From Paraglomus brasilianum (Eukaryota): a stretch of 35,411 nt of DNA. The stretch spans positions 1-35,411 of the forward strand of contig CAJVPI010000322.1 of the NCBI GenBank assembly GCA_910592345.1, read 5' to 3'. The position numbers and the translations under genes are program-made. Below, one piece after another: positions 27,072 to 35,411 of this stretch. The notes below the pieces were generated by a model. The model was not told the DNA's origin. It worked only from the letters and a program-made list of their open reading frames with translations, and did not search any database. Every line of letters begins with the position of its first letter. The first letter of the stretch is position 1.

Positions 27072-28564
27072 TCTTATTCGCGTTACTCTTTCCTTGTACG
27101 ATATTTTAATTTGCGTTCCTCTCCCCCTCGATCTGTTGTCTCCCTACAGTCATGACACTTATATATATATACATATATTGTGTTGATGCACTTGGGGGTT
27201 TATACATACATCTATTTTGTACAGTAAAATATATAGGGAATATAGTGATCCTTTTTTATGACTAATATAAAAGATATGAGTTATGCTCGTATGAGTTATG
27301 ACCTCTTATTAGTGAATATGCGGTAAAATTGTTGTGGTTTTTTTCTTCTACGTTTAGGATATATATGGTGTTTCAACATAATTGTACACAGGTTTTTTTA
27401 TTAATTAGGATTGGCGTCGGTTTGCTTTTTAGTTTTTCACTTCGGCAGTTACAATACACTTACACAATTACGATATGGACATTTGATAAACTGTTAGATT
27501 TAAATAAAAACGACTGGCTTATTGATGACAAATATTTTGAATTCTTTTCAGTTACATTCCAACGTTTAAATCGGATGCGAGTTTTTGTCCAGAGTTTGGG
27601 ACCTAACACTGTGCGGTAAATCCTGTTAATAACGGATTGATGGCAATGGCAATGATGAATGAAAATTTCCCGTCCAGATACTTATGGCATTATGTACGCT
27701 CTAATCCTCTCTGCCATTGCTATGATATATGTCTTGTTGTTTATGTTAGTTATTTTGCCAGATCCCAAGGTGATAACACTGCATGTCTTTTGTATATCAA
27801 ACTTACCCGTTTTCTGTTTAATGAACATCCTATTTGTAATTTTTATTATTTGGATTTTTGGGCAAATTAGCTTAATGTTTGTGTTGTTTTATTTTGATTA
27901 TCTTTTCGGGAAATTATTGAACAAAGTGGATAGACCAAAAAGGGTAAATAGGGATTTATCAAATGCATCAATATTTAATATGTACTATTTCATCTTCCCA
28001 ATGTCTACCGGGAAGAGATCTGCATGTGCATTGTCGCACAAGCAATTCTTCTCCCGCCCACTGCCATCAGATGATCGATCGATTCTTCCAAAGAATTTAG
28101 TTAGAGGGATGTGTAGTAAAATGATATACATAATGTTCCAGATATTCTTGTCCACATATGGTAATCTGCTCTAGTTGTACAGTCAGATGTGAAAGTCGTT
28201 CCTACACATTGGCAATGTATAAGATTGGGTTAGTGAGCCTGGGCGTTAACAATAGCAATCTGGCTGAAGTAGAAGTCGTCGAATACATAAATGGGTGATT
28301 GGATAAACCAGTGATACTGGATTTGGTGAATATGAAACAGAGTACGATCAAAGCTTATCTTGATGATCTAACAATAAGTCTGGGTTGTATAGACTATTGT
28401 CATTATTACAACATGCATGCTGTTGTGAGTGCTATTATTGTCTTTTTAAGTACTCTACATATAAATTGATAGCAACTATTGTCTTTAATTTATAATAAGA
28501 GAAGCCAATTGCAACGTCTTTATATCACCCCTTTGCCCAGAAGCCCATCTAGAACGTGTTAATC

Positions 28565-28669
28565 GAATAATAATAACACTAACAACAGTAACAGTAACAG
28601 TAACAACAACCACAACAGTAATAATAACCTAATTACAGTGACAACAACAACAACAACAGTAACAACAGT

Positions 28670-28709
<40 letters not shown>

Positions 28710-28725
28710 GTAATAACCACCATAA
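28565..28725. repeat. Compound (AAC/AAT/AGT)n microsatellite
   Basis: Direct reading. Confidence 0.92.
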
Positions 28726-31139
28726 CGTAACGATGATACATGTGTTTGATATATGGTATATATATTCATACTAATCAAATATATATGGCGACCAATAATT
28801 CGAACACAATTGAATATCTGATGCAATCCATACCCAGAATCATGATTACCATTGTGCTAATTAGATTGTTTTTGTTGGCCCCTGAATTGACATAGAATAT
28901 CGAATTCTTTGAATGGCAAATAGGGGTATTACTTTTCTTTCCATTAGATGTATGTCATGCTTATGCTACGAGTTACCAGTATGTAAATACATGAGCATAA
29001 AAACTATTACCGAGAAACCAAATGGAACTAGCAAACAACTACAAACAAAACTGTGTTTATCAGTCGATGTTTATTGACAGCGAGATCATCAGTAAAACAA
29101 ATAAATAGTGACAGTCATGTAAATAAAAATAAACAAACAATAAACGATTGTATATATATTTATATAAACACACACACTACACCACGCACCACGCACACAC
29201 ATATACACACCACACCACACAATTTAGCCGTTAGATGTAAACTATTTAGTTTTTGCACATCGACTTATTAATGCATATCCGTATCAAACATTCTTTCTTT
29301 TGCAGACTGTTTCAACGGATTATTTGTACATTCTCCAAATTATTCGCTTACATGATGAAAATTCTACTTCCAAGTATCTTCATTGGTTCTACAATACTAT
29401 AGTTTCACATTTCCCTTCCCGCATGCAATTTCAAATTGGAAATTAATTAATCCTGGAATGGCAACTCTCATAGTAGACTTGCTCAGTCAGTATCTCGCTT
29501 ATGGCGATTGGTCGAATTATTAGTCCCGGATTTAATTTACGGCCAGCGATTGGACGAGGAGCTGGAATTGTTGCCTGTGTGAAGAGTTTCATTATTCTAT
29601 TACTATTTTACCGACGTCACTAGATACGAATACGCATGTAATTTGCAAGTAATACATCCGTGCATTGAGAAGAGTGTTTACATATTAGCAGTCTCGATGA
29701 CTTGACCACTGCCTCTTATCCATTTGCGATGAAACTAAGCCTGGATCGCTGTTTCATGTCACGTAAGTAACGTAACAAGAATAATTAAATATTAATATGT
29801 ATACTTCTCACTCAGGTTATTCAGGATCATTAGCCTACATTACATATGATTTTTACGTCTAAAAATACTAGTTAAATGTAAATACAATGTTCTGGGCCGA
29901 AATATACACATTGTCTAATATCACAACAAATAAGCGATGTTACGTTATCACATAAATTCTGTAGTTTGACAATCCCGAAACTAGAACGGTCATAGCGAAA
30001 CAAAATATGCTTATTTCGAATCGGCCAGAATTTCGCTGAGTCAGAACATTTACTTAGGGAAGAATGCGTAAATTGGAGCCTTACCTATATTACGGTCCTG
30101 ATCCGGCGACCCTTGTGACTTTCGGCTTCCCCCCCAAGAGCTCTTTACACGCGTTGAAAATCTTATATGAGCAATTCAGGCAGTAGTGTAGAAGAGGAAT
30201 GGATTAGCAAACTAAAAGTAGTTTGATGACAAAGGACAAAAAGTAGCCTACAGCATCATCAGTGGAACTGGGAAATGTTACGGTGCAGTAGATAGGGCAT
30301 TAAAAGTGTAGCGATGATTTGTTTGGAGACTTTTATTACTACTAAGAATCGGTAGTTACTATTTGAAAAAAACATGCGCATCTACACTAACGCCCTTGCT
30401 ATTAGAACCAAAATCCGATCTAATAAGAGGAAGAGAATTTAAGCCCAGTTTTATCGTCTTGGGCAAGAACACATTGACCACGTGACTGTAATACTTAAGG
30501 TGCAAGTCAGCTGATAATTCGACGAGAAGAGTAAAGTTACAATAGCAATAGAGGCTCGGTTATACATAGAGTTTAAATCGATGAAAACTTTTCAGCCACT
30601 CCCACGTACAGTAGTCTCTTGGTTTGTCTGGATCAGGCTGTCAGTGTTAGAGAGCAATAGTTTAAGTGTACGCCTGTGAATGAGAATGTCATGAATTCAA
30701 TATTAATGTGTGTAATAGGGAAGTTTGATTAGGGCGATGAAGCTGTCTAACTTTCCTTTACTTCTAATTGAAAAGTGGGTCAGGTAAGAAAGAGGGAAGT
30801 GAGAAATTTAATGTTGCAATAATGTGGATTTTGGATGAATCTGTAGAGAGGATAGTGTAATGTTGAGATATGGGAGCGTTGGGAACGTGTTGAACGAAGT
30901 GTAGATATTTCGCCCTGCTCCAGCATGACCGGATGATGAGAGCATTAAAATTTTGCTAAGGGAGAACCACCTTTCCGAGAAACCGCTGTCAGCGGAGTGA
31001 ATGATGTCCCGAATGCTAGTTATCATGTTCCCGGATATGCGGCAATTTATATAAGGAGAGCTTCCTAAGGGTGACCAATTTCATGACGCTAACACTTGTC
31101 TACAAATTAGAGACATATTTTAAAATTATATTATAGTCA

Positions 31140-32834
31140 TCAACCGGTCTCATGTTTACTTGTTTTTACTGATCCATCATGGATCAAGTCATCAATATTA
31201 TCTAGATGCTTCCGATATCCCTCATAAAATCTCTGTTGCATTTCAGTTCCTTTCCATGTAGGAACAAGACTGAAGTGATCTGCCTCCTTAATCTCCCATA
31301 CCTCCCAAACACCTGTTCGTGGTTTTGCCTTACCCGATCCATCAACTGGAGGGAGTCCTTGATGATGAAAACAGTATCCAGACGCACATGGACGAGGATG
31401 CCGTTGTGAAATCACGGGACATACACCATCGTTTTCGTACCATTCAGATAGTTCGGATGGCGGAATAGTCAAGGAAGATGGGAACTGATAGCGTCCTATT
31501 TGGCGAGAGAGAACGTAGATTGGAAGTTGGAAGGAAAATGAGAACTGCGGGTAGTGGTACTGAGTTTGTAGATCCTCACGAGTCTGGGTGAGAGTAGATT
31601 CATATGTTAAAGAGTTAGTTCTAAAGTGAATAAACACAGGCAATGCCTAGATACTATATTCGATCTTTAGTCATTAATAAATGTAAACGTTGTTCGCGTA
31701 CATACCATTGATGCTACATATGATCGATAGAAAGTATTAGAGAACATCCGACTAGTCTCGTTGAGTTCTTTCATGGCATGAATAGTCATATCGTATGGTG
31801 CGTTGTCTTTAGAATATAACCATGGGCTCTCTAATAAACATCTCCATAATCCATACTTCCTCTGAGTTGTCTCTTCTTGCTTTGTCTCAATCTTAAGTTC
31901 ATCAACCTCATTCTCATCAGCTATCTCAATATTCTTATTATTCCTACAACTGAATCCCCAATGATCTACATTAAAATCGTAGAATTTGTTCTTAAGCCAC
32001 TTAATATCAAAATATTCGTATAGGTGCACGCATCGAGCAAGCCAACATCCGAACGAGAAAGGACGAACGCGCCCAGGCGCATCATGTCGGCTACCAAGAA
32101 TGTATACACTTTGACTGCCACGTAGAGGTGCTGAGACAGTAGTTAATGAACACATCATATCAGGATGTGGGGTAAACTGAGACGGAAAGAAATCTTTTGC
32201 CGCGAGGAGTTGTTGTAATTTCCACAGTGTATTTCCGCCCTAATGATGAAAAAGTGTGTAATTAAAGTAATATAATTACATACATACTGTTAATGTAGTT
32301 CCGGTAGATGGATACGAGTTTGATATTTGGATTACATAATGCACATGTGTAGTGTGTAGTATCTTTACCAAAGAATGACCTATAAAATGCAATGGCTTTT
32401 CTACACTCCACTCTGGATATAAGCCATCATATTTTCTCCCATATTGCACATGACCAAACTCTTTCGCATGCGCCTCTCCATAGTCAACTTGCGTAAGCAA
32501 TCCAACCGATGCTATGTTAGTCTCATAATCAGTTCATTCTAACACAATCACACATTATTACATATTGAATGCTACCTCTTCCCCCCTTTAACTGGTAGAA
32601 AATTTCGACCGCTCTGTCATGTAGTGAGCTTCCACAACCAGGTTTAACAAATATACATCGCCGTGCTTTAATACTCTTCTCCTCATTCCCTGCAAATATG
32701 TGTTCCAAGGGACCCCAATATTCAGGTACTCCCGGACCAAGAAAACCTTCAACAAATACGACAGGTATTGCGTTAGCAGTACTAGACGGATATCTGTTAT
32801 CAACGTTCTCGAATGCCTCAAACTCATATGACAT
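31140..32834 (-). CDS. Alpha/beta-hydrolase lipase resembling bacterial family I.5/I.6, 472 aa; exons 32834-32576, 32487-32369, 32239-31706, 31646-31140
   Basis: SSLHDRAVEIFYQLKGGRVDYGEAHAKEFGH..YGRKY.GLYPEW, nucleophile GHSLGG formed across a splice junction, catalytic acid in WYENDGV and His in ADHFSL. Exons total 1419 nt, in frame. Confidence 0.9.
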
Positions 32835-33452
32835 CTCTAATCGTCTTTATTTTGTTGCGTAAAACTTGGAGCGATATCCAAGTTTTTATATAACCAACTG
32901 TCCTCATAATTAATCTTCATCTTACAGTTTCAAGTTTCTCTGTGGCTCAGATTTATTGTATTGGTTGACCCCAAAGTTTTGTTGCAGGAGCGTGACATCT
33001 CCCACCAGTTAAATCTTTGTATCTCTATTATTATGTACGGATGCTACTATAATAAAACATGCTTGATATAACGGTTCTATATTACGTATCAGCTTACAAT
33101 GAACGTAACATATTCTCCCCCCTGCGATGACAAATCAAGATGAAAATTTTGGAGCCGTGGAAACAGAATTAGAAATGAAGGAGTTACATAATCTCAGAAG
33201 AAATTATATTAATATGGTGCACCAATGAAATGGTTCAATTTTTTCGATGCAGTGTAACGACCAAACCGCCCGAAAGGTATCTTAATTGATATTGTCTATA
33301 AATGCCTCGTCCAAGTAAACGCAAACTACAGGTGGCAAGCAGGGAGCGAAACAAAAATGGTTCTTTTTCTGAAATTCAAGAGCAACGAACACTGCATATT
33401 AATATAGTATTATAAAACTAAATTTCAATCACTTTTTTTTATTCTGTAGTTT

Positions 33453-33910
33453 TTGTTTCATATTAATCAAATGATTGATTTTTTAAAGTTGATGAGTAGA
33501 GCAATCCCTATCTTTAAGATAATCCATCCCGGCTGTATTGAAGTTTTTTGTTTTGATCATTCAACTAATCACAATGCAATGGCAGAAGATGCACTCGTAG
33601 TTACAAGAATAAATTTAGGTCCAGCAAAAAAGCAAGCAAAGGTTGGTATATTAACAAGGAAGGAGAAAAATGCATTCAGAAAATGGTTTTTGGTGATGAT
33701 ACAGATATTGAGTTGAGAGGAACCCGACTTTTTAGAGCAGAGGTCAGCATTAGAAGAAGCAATAATTGTATCTATCCAAAGTTCCATTGTGAGCGCAATT
33801 TTATTGAAAGATACTGGGGTATGCAAAATGGGAAACGAGGAGATGCAGTTATAAACATGATGATTTGATGAAAATAATCCAGAAGTATTAAACAGTATTT
33901 CCATTACAAG
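33453..33910 (+). pseudogene. IS630/Tc1/mariner-superfamily DDE transposase relic
   Basis: AIPIF..IHPGC..VFCFDHSTNH..MAEDAL and YPKFHCERNFIERYWG in different frames, with internal deletions. Confidence 0.7.
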
Positions 33911-34129
33911 CAATTAAATTGGATTTTTTCAACAACCAACGATTCAGATTTTTGAAATTTACATATAACAAATTAGCATTGATATTGATAGTAACTTGTT
34001 TGATAAAGTTACATGGAAGTTTAAATTACTTGGAGCTTATATAGACCTAAACATACATATATCATAATACCAATTAATTGTAATTTGTAACTGCTTTTAC
34101 ATATATTTTGAAAGCTCTAATAATAAGCT

Positions 34130-34860
34130 TTAAATTATGTAGCACCTTCATTTGTCCAAGAAGTTCACCGGTACCTTGAGCAAATGATTCATCTTTCTTT
34201 GCTACAGCAGTACAGAACACACAATGGCTTGGTACACTATGCCCGGCGAGAAGTGACGCTGAAGTAGTTAAGAGTAGTTAGAAGAAATTGAGAACAGAGT
34301 ATTTTGCTAGCTAATTAGTAACTTACTATTAGTAGCTTCCATTCTTTCAGCAGAAATATAGTCAACTGAACCTTTTAAAGTCAAGTTTTTTTCAACTTGT
34401 TGGGGTCTGATATAATACTCTGGATATATTGCCAATTTATCTTTTCCGAAGTCATAAATTTTTGGATCATAAATTATAGTCAACCGCTTCCAATAAGTAT
34501 GTGTCAACTATCGTTCTTCTTGCACTTTCAAGCTAAAAAATGTGAAGTACAGTTAAAATAAATTAGAAATAAATTTCCGAACGAATTGATATTAACTTAC
34601 ACTTAGGTTCCAGCGTCGAAATATCTTTTTCATTACATCTTCAAAAGCTTTGAAAGTTCCAATGCTATTTCATCCTTGAAAATTAAAGAACCACCGTTCT
34701 TGATTTCAAGCAGCGGGTGAATGTCTTCGACCTCAATGCTTGAAAAAGATTTAACTATGTACAAATAAAATATTTATTATATTGACATTTACAGCTTACT
34801 TATACTTACAACAAACTTTCTCTGTTCGAAACGCTGAAAGTAATTCTGTTGCGATGTCAT
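34130..34860 (-). pseudogene. Intron-containing pseudogene of a Crinkler-type / PD-(D/E)XK restriction-endonuclease-fold protein
   Basis: ATG at 34860 and two GTAAGT donors. Broken frames give ESARRTIVDTYLLEAV, IYPEYYI, LKGSVDYI and AVAKKDESFAQGTGELLGQM, the motif order of the REase fold. Confidence 0.45.
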
Positions 34861-34948
34861 ATTTTTTTTCTGTTAATCTTTGCGCAATTTTTAAGACTTG
34901 TCCAAGATCAAGGGATTGCCTAACCATATTTTCTTTACTATATAATTA

Positions 34949-35010
34949 ATATGGTCCGGTGCAGAAAGGTTGATACACCAATATATTTATAATAAAAAAC
35001 TTTTTTTTAT
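34949..35010 (+). repeat. Terminus of the dispersed repeat family (copy 2)
   Basis: Matches the reverse complement of 1951-1989. Confidence 0.6.
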
Positions 35011-35213
35011 GATTTATAGTTTCAAGATATATCTCAGATGCAAATTTTATTTAAAAAAAATATTAGTATCACTTGAATCCTTATATTATGGTCAAGTTCT
35101 CTTTTGGGCCGCCTTGGATTGTTTACCGTGAGAATTCTTCATTTTTACTTCCGTTATACTCAGCAACCACACGCCTCCCCAATACCGAGAACCGAAGCAA
35201 CCTCCTTGTGTAG

Positions 35214-35411
35214 TGTTACGGTCGAATGGTCTGGGTTTGGGAGAGCAATTAATCTTTCGCGTAGGGGTGTTCTTCCGACCGGGGGATGTTACCAGATTAG
35301 CTTTGTGCTACCGCCCTTAATACGGTAGATGTTTAATTAAGACTGAATTCTAATCTACAAGTGACCTATTTATATAATTAAATTAAATGCGCGCTTTTCA
35401 ACTCCCTATCC
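35214..35411 (-). mobile_element. LTR related to 1535-1824, running off the window end
   Basis: Begins TGTTACGGTCG. Shares CCGACCGGGGGATGTTACCAG, AATTAAGACTGAATT and CAAGTGACCTATTTA with the first LTR. TATATAAATAG on the minus strand. Confidence 0.75.

Noticed and set aside
29810..29840. TTCAGGATCATT resembling U3 box A
   Set aside because: Remaining U3 boxes were not found in order.
30030..30125. CTGAG...CCTGATCCGG resembling a TPP riboswitch
   Set aside because: Lacks the TAAT..GCG.AGG segment and the correct helix spacing.
30176..30263. Minus-strand TGATGA...CTGA as a C/D snoRNA
   Set aside because: No terminal stem and no rRNA complementarity I could recognise.

Overview
AT-rich, intron-containing eukaryotic DNA. 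It is almost certainly an early-diverging fungus; the repeat and gene style suggests Glomeromycotina/Mucoromycota, which is my inference. I reconstructed four intact spliced genes by hand: IDI1 (IPP isomerase, 4 exons, +), MLH1 (14 exons including one GC-AG intron, -), a FoxJ2/3-like forkhead transcription factor (2 exons, +) and a Staphylococcus/Geobacillus-type (family I.5/I.6-like) lipase (4 exons, -). Both ends of the window are transposon graveyards: an LTR-retrotransposon gag/protease relic, two related LTRs, TA-flanked MITEs, Sola-like and IS630/Tc1-like transposase relics, and a Crinkler-like REase pseudogene. The forkhead gene sits in about 16 kb of upstream and 4 kb of downstream gene desert carrying several dense RYAAAYA forkhead-site clusters, which may form an autoregulatory enhancer-like landscape. 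Other leads are two colinear relics of one unidentified protein family, an MLH1 NVHP->NVHT change and a candidate structured RNA near 30.9 kb. I recognised no rRNA, tRNA or CRISPR array, and cannot demonstrate a novel system from sequence alone.
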